A program made the position numbers and the translations under genes. Shown here piece after piece: positions 24,017-36,019 of a DNA stretch of 64,000 nucleotides. Source of the DNA: Octopus sinensis (Eukaryota); contig NC_043013.1 in assembly GCF_006345805.1 (NCBI RefSeq), forward strand, positions 26,970,001 to 27,034,000, written 5' to 3'. The notes under the pieces are model-generated. The model made no database searches and was not told the origin of the DNA. It saw only the letters and a program-made list of their open reading frames with translations. Each line of letters opens with the position of its first letter. Positions within the stretch are counted from its first letter, which is position 1.

Positions 24017-25919
24017 GATGGAATTCCACACAATTTCCATCTACCAAATTCAGTGACAAAGCATTGATTGACCCAGTGCTATAGTAGAAATCACTTGCCC
24101 AAAGTGTCTTGCCGGAGGACAGAACTCAAAATCATAGAGTTGCAAAGTGTTTCTTAGGAAGGAGATCAAATTGATTGAAGTATGGCATAGATGTAAATTT
24201 GTAAAATAAAATAAAAATGATAATCTCTAAAGATAAAGTTAGTAACATTCAAAATAATTATATTTATGGTAAAATTTTTCAGAAGCCACACATATAAATC
24301 TTATTAACCTGCTACTTTATTCAGTAACATGTTGGATAACATGGGCAAAATTTCCTTTGATCAAGCATAACAGACTGTTTTCCTTGACTTGTAAAATACT
24401 TTAAATAAAATATATCTGAAAATTCATTTGTGTCCTAAACTCTCTCTCTCTCTATATATATATATATATGTATATATAACAGAATCAAAAGTGATTGACC
24501 AGTCATTATTGATTCTTTTCTCTCTGTCCTTTGTGTCTGTATCTATACGTAAATTTAATCGGTAAATGTATTACATTCAACCTTTTATTAGTCCTCAGAA
24601 ACTTGAATTTAATATCTATAAATAAGTTATCCAAATATATCATAGCCATCTCATAAATATTTTGCTACAAATCAACATTTATTAGTTTATGTTGTGTTAC
24701 TGTGAATGTAAATATACTTCATTATTGAGTTACAAAGTCTGCAGATTGGCAGAAAATCTACAGCAAAACTAAAATGTCTTGCCATATTTAAGTTAAATAT
24801 TTTTATGTTGTAGGTTCAAGTTTCTTGAACATCAAATTTATCTCTCATCACCAACACGGTCAATGACATTAGTGTTTGCTATGTCCAGAAGTTGATTTAA
24901 TTAACCCCCTCCCCCATCCTCCTGTCTACCATACAAATTTTTAGCAGTGATCAATTCAAGCAGCTAATGTTTTTTTTTTTGTTCTTTTATTGACTTTAGT
25001 CATTGGATTGCAGCCATGCTTGAGCACCACTTTCTGAGGCTTTAGCCAATCATATCATGGTATGGGAAAAAATGCATAATTCACCTACCTCACAGGTCCT
25101 CTTTTAATATCAATCCTTTCCAACTGGGATATATCCATGGGAGTCCCACGTACCTAACCTCTGACCGGAACCTAATGGCAAATTCCCTCACCTCACATGG
25201 CCACCTTGTTTGTCCTGAGCAACTATGAAAGAGGTCCATGCTAATCATCTTTCCACTCATATGACCTCCCACATTCCTTTCCTTCTGGCAAGGCCCTTTG
25301 GCCATTCACATGAAGTCACTGACCCTATACTTCTGGCCCACATCAGCACACACACATATACCAAACTGAGCATTTATTTCAATCTTGAATTTATTTTACA
25401 AACTTCTATGGATGGAGTTTGGCACACTGGTTTTACACTGGTAAACATAAAAACCAGCGTGGATACCTGACTCCACCAACATACACACACACATTTATTG
25501 AACTTCTATACAATTTCTGTCTACCAAATTCCAATCTTACAACACTGATCACTCCAAGACTACAAGAAAGAAGGCATTTTCTCAATGCTCCAGCTATTGA
25601 GACTGAGCTCAATCACAGTTTTACAAGTTGAACGTTTTAAACACACAGCTTCACTTGCCCTCCGTTTAATTACAAAATAATTTTCAATTCAACAAAAATA
25701 TGAGTTAAATGAATAAAAATTATCAATAATTGTGAAACAGAAAGTTAAAAGGAATATAAAGAAGTTTATGAAAAATCTTTTGTGACAGTTGTTTTTTTTA
25801 TATTCAGTTCAGTTTCATTGCTGTGCACCTAAGACAAGTGTTTTTTCTTTGTATGCTTGGGATGACAATTAATTTAAGAATAGAATTTGGTAAATGGAAA
25901 TAGTGGCTTTCGTACTATT

Positions 25920-27828
25920 TCTTTCAAGTCTACGCATATCCTCAGCAGTCACTGCCCATATTTCACTGCCATGTAGCATGGCTATTCACACAAGTGCATC
26001 ATACAGTCTACCTTTTACTCTGAGCAAAATGCCCTTTGTTACCAGCAGAGGTAGGAGCTCTCTGAACTTTGCCCAGGCTATTCTTATTCTAGTAGCTACA
26101 CTCTCAGAGCATCTGCCCCTGCTACTGACCTAGGTAATGGAAGCTATCAACTACTTCTCGTTTTTCCCCTTGGCATGTGATGGAATCTGTTGCCTGTACA
26201 TCTTTGGTGTTTATTGCCCCTATGCATCTGCCACACAAAAAAAACTTTCTTCCCAGTTTGCCTTCCTTTGATATTACTACACCTCTTATGTGTCCATAGC
26301 TTACACCAGGTACATCTTATGGAGTTTTTACCTACACCTTTTCTACAGATAGAGCAGGGCCATCTACCTGAAGGGATTTCTGATTTGTCTGCCTTCCTAC
26401 TTACTAAAACTCTGGTTTTTGCTAGATTGACTCTAAGGCCCTTTGATTCTAGACCTTGCTTCCACACCTGAAATTTCTTCTCTAGTTCTGGTAGTGATTC
26501 AGCTATTAGAGTAAGGTCAGCATAGAGGAGCTCTCAGGGGCATCCTGTCTTGAATTACTCTATTATTGCCTGGAGGACTCTGATTAATAAATAGGAGGGG
26601 GCTGAGGACTGATCCTTGGTGAAGCCCTACTTTTATCCAGAATTCTTCACTATACTCTTTGCCAATTCTCACCTTACTGACAGCATCCCTGTACATGGTT
26701 TGTACTGCTCTCACCAACCACTCATCTATCCTTAGTTTCCACATTGACCACCAGATAAGGAATCAGGAGACCCTATCAAAGGCTTTTTCCATGTCGATGA
26801 AAGCTAAGTACAGAAATTTATCTTTGGTTAAGAATTTCTCCTGCAACTGTCTTACCAGAAATATAACATCAGTGGTACTTCTCCCTGGCACAAACCCAAA
26901 CTACATCTCATCTAAACTAACTCTCTCGCTAATTAGTTGGGCAATGGCACTCTCCATGACTTTCATCACCTGATCCAACAATTTGATACCTCTGTAATTA
27001 TTCCTATCTAATATGTCACCTTTATCTTTGTAACAGTTGACAATGGTGCTGCTACACTAGTCATTGGGTATGACTCCTTCATGTATCACCTGATTGACTA
27101 TACGGGTGACTCAAATATTAGCTTACTCTGCCAGATATTTTAAGCATCTCTTCCTTGTCTTCATATCCTCAATTGCTTTATCTACCAAGGTACTGTCAAT
27201 TCAAATAGCTGGTCCCTCTGTTAGGTCAACATTTGGCAGACTCTTTCTCCCATTCATTCTCTTCATTTAGCAACCTTTCATAGTGGTGTCTCCAAGTCTC
27301 TCTCTTTGCAGGCTCATTAAATGCAACTGAACCATCATCCATGCTGACACATTTCTCTCCTATGACATCATGATTCTCTCTCACACACTGTCTTGCAAAA
27401 GGAACCCTTCAAGTCTCTACACCTCATGAAGCAGAACATTTGCAATGTTTTTCTTATCTGCTTCCCCTCTGTCTAAATAAATCTGTCTCCTAGCTTCCCT
27501 TCTGGTGATCTTATACAGTTCCTTGCTACCACTACACTTCCATTCCTTCTATATCTGTTTCTTTTCCCTTGTGGCTCTGTCAACTACATTGTTCCATCAC
27601 CACATTGCCTTGGATCAAGAGGGGACTTTGCACCAGCCACAGATTTGGTCTGTAGCCCTCCACATGTTGTCCCATAGGAACCTCCTGTTGTCTTCATTAT
27701 TATGTGATGCTATATCCTCTTCTTTTCCATCAAAATCTTCAAGTAATATGTCTCTAAATCTCTGTTCATTCAGAGGATCCTTAAGCTTCCAGACCCTTCT
27801 TTTCTATGTTGGTCATCTTTTGGGCAGC
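25920..27828 (-). mobile_element. Decayed RTE LINE (RT region)
   Basis: HQGSVLSPLLF, ELLYADL, GLRVNLAKTRVL and a PHD-like WPCSICRKG segment, with frameshifts and stops. Confidence 0.9.
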
Positions 27829-27884
27829 ATATGCATACATACATACATACATACATACATACATACAATATACATACATCCATA

Positions 27885-27966
<82 letters not shown>

Positions 27967-27970
<4 letters not shown>

Positions 27971-28312
27971 CAATAAGAAAATGGAGGTGATCAATAGGTG
28001 GTTCATCAACTTTTAGACATTATATTATGTCAACTTATTTATTTATTAAACTGACAATTACAAGAAGTGTCATTTTAGTAAATAAATAAGTTGACATAAT
28101 ATAATGTCTAAAAGTTGATGAACCACCTATTGATCCCCTCCATTTTCTTATTGCTCTATAAATTAATAGTAAAATATCTCTTTACTTTCACCTATTTAGT
28201 ACACTCAGTAATGTAATTGCAATGCAATAAAAAACACTTGTGTATTAATAATTGGGTATTCTACCAGTAGTGTATTGGATAGATATTATCCTTTAGTTGG
28301 CTGGATTCACAA
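27967..28312. mobile_element. Fold-back element (~90-bp stem, 11-nt loop, plus a ~155-nt one-sided extension); second copy at 40518-40850
   Basis: 27967-28056 is the near-perfect reverse complement of 28068-28157. Confidence 0.85.
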
Positions 28313-30715
28313 CAGTCACCTGGTCTCCTACTGTTCTGGCAGACACACTAGTCAAATTGACTACATCCTCGCCAGAAAAAAGGTAAAGATGGCTGCTTAT
28401 AAATGCCAAAACTTTCCCAGGACGCCACTATAAAAGGTTGCTCAATAAAGAGAATGAATGGGAGAAAGAGAGTCTGCCGAATGTCGACCCAACAGAGGGA
28501 CCAGCTATCCGAATTGACAGTACCTTGGCAGATAAAGCAATTAAGAGCATGAAGACAGGGAAAGCCCCCACCCATCAGGAATCACCACAGAGATGCTAAA
28601 AATATCTGGTGGTGTCGGCTATAGCCTAGTTACCAATATAGTTAACCAGGTGATACATGAAGGAGTCATACCCAATGACTGATGTAGCAGCACCTTAGTC
28701 AACTGCTACAAAGGTAAAGGTGATGCTTTAGATAGGAATAATTACAGAGGTATCAAGTTGTTGGATCAGGTAATGAAGGTCACGGAGAGGGTCATAGCCC
28801 AACTAATTAGGGAGAGAGTCAGTTTAGATGAGATGCAGTTTGGGTTTGTGCCAGGGAAAAGCACCATTGATGCGATATTTCTAGTGAGACAGCTGCAGGA
28901 GAAATACCTAGCCAAAGATAAACCACTGTACTTGGCTTTCCTTGATATGGAGAAAGCCTTTGACAAGGTCCCTCGATCCTTTATCCGGTAGTCAATGAGG
29001 AAACTAAGGATAGATCAATGGTGAGTGAGAGCTGTGCAAGCCATGTACAGGGACACTGTCAGTAAGGTGGGGGTTGGCAACGAGTACAGTAAAGAATTCC
29101 GGGCAGAGGTAGGGGTCCACCAAGGTTCAGTCCTCAGCCCCCTCCTATTTATCATAGTCCTCCAGGCAATAACAGAGGAATTCAAGACAAGATGCTCCTC
29201 TATGCTGATGACCTTGCTCTAATTGCCGAGTTACTATCAGGAATAGAGGAGAAGTTTCAGGTGTGGAAGCAAGGATTAGAATCGAAGGACCTTAGAGTCA
29301 ACTTGGCTAAAACCAAAGTCCTAATAAGTAGGAAGGCAGACAAACCACAAATCCCTTCAGGTAGATGGCCCTGCTCGATCTGTAGAAAAGGTATAGGTAG
29401 AAACTCTATAAGATGTACCTGGTGTAAGCTATGGACACATAAGAGGTGCAGCAATATCACAGGAAGGCTAACTAGGAAGATAGTTTTTGTATGTGGCAGA
29501 TGCTCAGGAGCAATAAACACTAAAAATGTGAAGAGAACAACCTCTACTACATTCCAGGGAGAAAAACTAGAAGTAGTTGATAACTTCTGTTACCTAGGTG
29601 ACTAAGTTAGTAGTGGGGGTGGGTGCTCTGAAAGTGTAGCTGCTTGAATAAGAATAGCCTGGGCAAAGTTCAGAGAGCTCCTACCTCTGCTGGTGATAAA
29701 GAGCCTCTCACTCAGAATAAAAGGTAGACTGTATGACACATGTGTACAAACAGCCATGCTACATGGCAGTGAAACATGTGTTGTGACTGCTGAGGACATG
29801 CGTAAGCTTGCAAGGAATGAAGCCAGTATGCTCCGATGGATATGTACTTACAGAGTGTAAGTGCTTTGAAAAAAAAGCTGGACCTAAGAAGCATCAGATG
29901 TGGTGTGCAAGAGAGACAACTGCACTGGTATGGTCAGTGGTCAGAATGGATGAGGATAGCTGTGTGAAGAAATGTCATACCCTAGTGGTTGAGGAAACCT
30001 GTGGAAGAGGTAGACCTGGGATGAGGTGGTGAAGCATAACCTTCAAACATTAGGCTTCACTGAGGCAATGACTAGTGACCAAGACCTTTGGAAATATGTT
30101 ATGCTTGAGAAGATCCCCGCAAGCCATGTGAGACCATAACCTGTGGCCTATGCCAATGGTGTAACCAGCCCACTTATGCATACCTTTCCTTCAATGGACA
30201 CTAAACTTTGCTTGCGAAGACCTGTTGAGGCAAGTGAAATCGAAATCAAATTCGATGACAGCATCGCATGACTGGCATCTGTGCCAGTGGAGCACTAAGA
30301 GCACCATCCGAGCGTGTTCATTGCCAGGGCTACTGACTGGCTCCTGTGCTGGTGGCGCATAAAAAGCACCATTCAAGCATGATCGTTACCAACATCGCCT
30401 TAGTGGCACGTGAAAAACAACATTCAAGTGAGGTCATTGCCAGTGCCGCTGGACTGGCTCCTGTGCAGGTGGTACATAAAAAACACCATTTGAGCTTGGC
30501 CATTGCCAGCACGGCCTGACTAGCCCTCGTGCCTGTGGCACATAAAAGTGCCCACTACACTCTCGGAGTGGTTGGCGTTAGGAAGGGCATCCAGCTGTAA
30601 AAACTCTGCCAGATCAGATTGGAGCCTAGTGCAACCATCTGACTCGCCAGTCCTCAGTCAAACCATCAAACCCATGCCAGCATGGAAAGCAAACATTAAA
30701 TGATGAAGATGATGA
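28313..30715 (+). mobile_element. Decayed RTE LINE: APE end, internal deletion, RT, C-terminus, degenerate 3' UTR repeats and (GAT)n tail
   Basis: SQIDYILARK, NYRGIKLL, QFGFVPGKSTIDAIF, FLDMEKAFD, HQGSVLSPLLF, LLYADDL, FCYLG, GRGRP. Confidence 0.92.
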
Positions 30716-31629
30716 TATATATATATATATATCCCTACATTTCCACACCCACACATACATACACACACACGTCCAGACCACCAGCCCTCTTTCACACGCA
30801 TATACATACTCTTTTATACACACACGCACCTTTGTGTCGGGGGCACATTCGTATTGGAAGTCACTTGACCCTGTTATCTCCCCTACTGTTCCTCTCGCGT
30901 CTGACCACTGTCCTAAGCCAGGACGCCATGATAGATCGTTAGCTCCTACACGCATTTTTTTCAGTCCTTGTTTTTTCTGTGTATCTTTCTGTCAAAGAGC
31001 GTAGGCTCAAAACGTAAAAGACTTTTTCTATTTCTCTTCCTGAGCGCTATACTAATACATTTGTTTGTTTGTACTCCACCTGCCTTCGTCTTTTGTTTAT
31101 TTTCATAAACTTTCCCATTATATATATATTTGTATACACACACACACACACACATATGACAGGCTTCTTTCAGATTTTATGGCTGGCATTGGATTTTAGT
31201 TGGAGACACTTGTCCAAGGTGAAACACAGTAGGACTGAACCCAAAGCCATGCGGTTGGGAAGCAAGCTTCTTACCTCACAGCCATGCCAGTGCCTATATA
31301 CCTCATGGTATGATTAAATGATCACTTTCACGAGACGTTTGGTGATATATGTTGTTTGCTCTATTTTTCTCCTTTTAGAATTTTTATACAACTGACAGAA
31401 TTTCAATTGTAGGAAACCTTCACGTACATCATACATGTTTATATACTGTACTCTCTCTCCCTCTCATTCTCACAGTCTTTCTTTCTCCCCCCTCTATCTA
31501 CCCTCTTCCTTTCTCCCTCTCTCCTCTCCCACTCATTCTCTCTCTTTTAGTGAGAGAGTCAAGATTGGGCATTATAAACATTGTGATCGATTGTCTCAGT
31601 TCCTTCCTACACTTCAACACATACACATG

Positions 31630-31663
<34 letters not shown>

Positions 31664-32421
31664 GTTCGTTCCACATTCTGTTGTCTTTGGTAGGTTCTGG
31701 AAGGAGATTTCATTCAATGTACAGCAATGCCAAGAAAATAATAAAAATCATATAGGTGGAAAAAAAACCCCCAAAAAAAAACAAGATTCTGTGGAATGGA
31801 AATAGCTAACGACAAAGAAAAGAATGAAGAAGAGAGAGAAAGAGAGGGTGGGGAAGGTGGTGGGGAGATGATAAAAGACAAGGAAATAAAGGCATAAAGT
31901 CGATATATTAACATTTGCTATATTTCAACTTATGTTGATGACAGGTTGGCTTATAAGCTAGCTTAACTTATCAACAAAATAAAAAATATATTTGTGTATA
32001 TAAAAAAAAGCTTATTAATGGTAAAATCTTCTTTAAGTCACAACCTACTATCTTAAAAAGCAAAGAATAAAAAAAAAAAAAAAATCCCAGATGGATGGAC
32101 ATATTGGTTAATATAATCCTAGGTTTACTGTGTTGAAATATAAGAAGGGATGGTCATAGCTGGAAGTTCAATGATCATTGATTTGCTTGAACAGGACTAA
32201 CCTAGGGCTAAACAACAATACATCTTCAGAGATGAAATACTTTTCAAGGTCTATATTTATATATAGGTGCAGGCATGGCTATGTGGTAAGAAGTTAGTTT
32301 CCTGACCATATAGTTCTGGGTTCAGTCCCACTGCGAAGAAGGCAAGTGTCTTTTACTATACCTCCAGAGCAATCAAAACCTTTTCAGTGGATTTGACAGA
32401 CAGAAACTGAGAGAAGCCCAT

Positions 32422-32459
<38 letters not shown>

Positions 32460-33298
32460 GGCACATGGCTCAGTGATTAGAGCATTGGGCTCACAATCAT
32501 GAGGTCATGAGTTCAATTCCTGGACTTGGTTATGTGTTGTGTTCTTGTGCAAGACGCTTTATTTCATGTTGTTCCAGTTCACTTAGCTGTAATGAGTTGC
32601 AATGTCACTGGTGCCAAGCTGTATTAGCCTTAAGCCTTTTCCTTGGATAACATGGGAGGCTGATATGCATGGGCGACTGCTGGTCTTCCATAAACAACCT
32701 TGCTCAGACTTGTGCCTCAGAGGGGAATTTTCTAGGTGCAATCCCACGGTCATTCATGACAGAAGAGGTTTTTTATCTTGTGTGTGTGTGTGTGTGTATT
32801 TATGTGTCTATGTATATATGTATGTGTGTGACCACAATTACTTGACAACTGGAGTTGGTTTGTTTACATCTTCATAACTTAGTGAGTTGACAAAAGAGAC
32901 CAATAGAATGAATACCAGGCTTTAAAAAACAAGCACTTGGGGGTCAATTTGCTTTATCAAAACCCTTCCATGTGATGCTGCAGCATGGCCAGAATCCAGT
33001 GACTGAAACAAGTAAAAGATAAAAGAGATACAAGGACTACATGAAAGCACACAGAATTTTCTCATCTCCAAAGATTAAAGTTAAGAGTAAAACAAATTAT
33101 AAACTTATTAACAATGACTCATCTCAAATATTTAAACATTTCATCACCAAACAATATTGTATACTCTTCTATAAAGAATAGTGATGTCATGATGGTCGTT
33201 ATAATGACAATGGCTTCTGTGTTGTAATCCCTACCACCACCACAAACACACACACATACCTTATCCAAAGATATGGCTCACTCACTCTAATTGAACGA

Positions 33299-33345
<47 letters not shown>

Positions 33346-33346
<1 letters not shown>

Positions 33347-33734
33347 TAGCAGTATCGCCCGGCGTTGCTCGGGTTTGTAAGGGAAATAACTATATAAGCA
33401 TTTTTAGAGAGTTATAGCCAAAAAATGCATTAAAAATGGAAAAAAAAATTATGGTAAATTTTTTTTTAAATCGTTGACTCATCGTAGACATTTTTAGAGA
33501 GTTACTTCCCTTATATAATAGCGAAAAAATGCATTAAAATGGAAAAAAATTATTGTAAATTTTTTTTTTAAATCGTAGACTCATCGTAGACGCGTGCTAA
33601 TACCCAGAAGGGCTCGATATGAATCACGACTATAAGATACCCGGTTTTGGTTAAACTACACCGCAAAATGTGGGAGTAGTTAGGAATCTAAATCGCAGGA
33701 GACAGACACACAACCTTACTTTTATATATAAAGA
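33346..33734 (-). mobile_element. Non-autonomous Helitron, unit 1
   Basis: Minus strand 5' TCTTTATATATAAAA ... CCCGAGCAACGCCGGG hairpin, then CGATACTG CTAG|T. Confidence 0.8.
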
Positions 33735-34238
33735 CTAGCAGTATCGCCCGGCGTTGCTCGGGTTTGTAAGGGAAATAACTATATAAGCATTTTTAGAGAG
33801 TTACTTCCCTTATAAATTCGGGCTTTCTTAGCCATTTTTGTTTTGGTGTCTTCAAGCCATGAAGTCGTTGTTCTAAAAGAACGCTGGTTTCTTCACAACG
33901 CATTACGACGTTGATTTCTTTACACTCCCTTCCCCACAGCTTCACGAGGGAGGGAAGGGGGAGAAGCAAAAGGTGCAGCTGTGAGCGTGGACGCCAACTC
34001 CGCCGCCATCGACACACGATGCATTTTATGCATTAAAATGGAATAAAAAATGATGTTAAATTATTTTTAAAATCGTAGACTCATCGTTGACGTGCGCTAA
34101 TAGTCAGACAGGCTCGATATGAATCACGACTATAAGATACCTGAATTTGGTTAAACTGCACCGCAAAATGTGGGAGGAGTTAGGAATCTAAATCGAAGGG
34201 GACAGACACTCACACAACTAGAGTTTTATATATATAGA
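33735..34238 (-). mobile_element. Non-autonomous Helitron, unit 2 (head-to-tail with unit 1)
   Basis: A|TCTATATATATAAAACTCTAG at the 5' end. Its 3' hairpin and CTAG are identical to unit 1 and join directly to the TC of unit 1. Confidence 0.8.
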
Positions 34239-34629
34239 TATATATATATATATATATACGTTTCTTTACTGCCCACGTATATATATATATGTTTCTTTAC
34301 TGCCCTCTTTAAACATAGAGGGGACAAATAGGGACAGTCAAAGGGATTAAGTCGATTACATCGACACCAGTGCGAAAATGGTACTTTATTTATCAACCCT
34401 GAAAGGATGAAAGGCAAAGTCGACCTCGGTGGAATTTGAACTCAGAATGTAATGGCAGATGAAATACCGCTAAGCATTTCGCCCAGCACGCTAACGTTTC
34501 TGTCATACCAGCCACATGGTTCCGGGTTCAGTTCCACTGTGTGGCACCCTGGGCAAGTGTGTTCTACTATATCCTCAGGTCAACCAAAGCTTTGTGAGTG
34601 GATTTGGTAGACGGAAACTGAAAGAAGCC

Positions 34630-34730
<101 letters not shown>

Positions 34731-34731
34731 T

Positions 34732-35195
34732 GTTTCTTTATTAGCCACACAGGGCTGAACACAGAGGGGACAAATTACAAAGTAGAGCTTTTCTTTTGGG
34801 GGAGAAAAAAAATAAATAAATAAAAAGTGGGGTAGGTTTTCGATCAAAAGGGATCGTAAAAAGAGAGAAAAAAAAAGATCAATAGGGATCGTGTATCACA
34901 GAAATGTCATGATGTAAAGTGTAAAGGGGGAAACTTTATCTGTGGAAAGAAAAGCCTACAGAAAAGACCACGGTAACCTTGGTCAATAATGTCACATGTT
35001 AACACATTTATTTGGAAGTAAGTAACTCTGTTTTAAATTTTTCCAGGTTCATAGGATTATGCTCAAGATGGCTTCGTCATTCATACGTGGCATCCTTGCT
35101 ACATTCACCCATCTTTTTTTGAAACATTCGGTTGACAAAACTTGCCTCTCTACTCTCATTTTCCTTTTCAAGTGATACTTGAAGGAGTTGATGAG
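34732..35195 (-). mobile_element. 3' end of an L1/Tx1-like LINE within a (GATA)n tract
   Basis: LINSFKYHLKRKMRVERQVLSTECFKKRWVNVARM..IIL* resembles Tx1 ORF2 C-terminal helices, followed by a T-rich 3' UTR ending AATAAAGAAA. The clade call is from memory. Confidence 0.55.
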
Positions 35196-35320
35196 AGATA
35201 GATAGATAGATAGATAGATGGAGATATAGATACAGGTCGTCAGTAAATCACGAATCCAAAAAAGAAGCACACTCTAAGTTATAGAGCAGTATAGTATAAA
35301 GATAGATAAGGCTGGTCTGT

Positions 35321-35381
35321 GGGATTACCCTGGGTTTCACGCCTATAAAGCACTTAGCCTTACAGCATATCATCAGACCCC
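35321..35381 (-). ncRNA. Type I hammerhead ribozyme motif (Penelope-like family B, ~35240-35420)
   Basis: Minus strand: GGGGU-CUGAUGA-U-AUGC UGUAAGGC(UAAGU)GCUUUAUA G GCGU-GAA-ACCC A GGGU-A-AUCCC, with a GUA cleavage triplet. Confidence 0.75.
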
Positions 35382-35481
35382 AAAATTTTTTGGTACATGG
35401 CCTCTGTACCAAGTGGCCTCTATATATGAGAGGGTGCTGAAAAGTTCCTGGCTTTGGGTAAAAGAAAATACAGGAGGATCA

Positions 35482-36019
35482 TTATTTACATTTGACGGAC
35501 ATTTGTCCTCATCTTGTTTGTTGTTAACATGTTTCAGTTGATATACCCTCCAGCCTTCATCAGGTGTCTTGAGGAAATTTCGAAGCTGGGTTCTCATTCC
35601 TAAAGTATTTTTCGATGTTGTTGTTGTTGTTATTATTATTATTATTCAGGTCAGTGCCTGGAATTGAACTCAGAATCTTGGGGTTAGTAGCCTGCGCTCT
35701 TAACTACTACGGGCATAAGGCATAGTGGTTAAGAGTGCAGGCTACTAACTCCACAATTCCGAGTTCGATTCCAGGCAGTGACCTGAATAATAATAATAAT
35801 AATAATAATAAATAACAACAACAATAATAATGATAATAATAATAACATTGAAAAATACCTTAGGAATAAGAACCCAGATTCGAAATTTGCCCAAGACACC
35901 TGATGAAGGCTGAAGAGTATATCAGCTGAAACGTTGTGTTAACAACAAACAAGATGAGGACAAATATCTGTCAAATGTAAATAATATACATAATTCCTCA
36001 TCTCTTAAATATAGTACTG
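35482..36019. mobile_element. Fold-back tRNA-headed, hammerhead-containing non-autonomous retroelement
   Basis: Inverted arms 35481-35711 and 35719-35985, a 34-nt unpaired tail at 35986-36019, and a 13-bp TSD at 35469-35481 and 36020-36032. A box GGCATAGTGG and B box GAGTTCGATTCC. Confidence 0.85.
35895..35940 (+). ncRNA. Minimal hammerhead ribozyme lacking helix III; mirror copy at 35526-35568 (-)
   Basis: GACAC-CUGAUGA-A-GGCUG(AAGAGUAUAU)CAGCU-GAA-ACGU-U-GUGUU. Palindromic ACGU replaces stem III, as in Penelope-type minimal hammerheads. Confidence 0.75.

Noticed and set aside
25920-30715. Single twin-primed (5'-inverted) LINE insertion
   Set aside because: The two orientations overlap by ~1.4 kb of homologous, diverged sequence, so they are independent copies.
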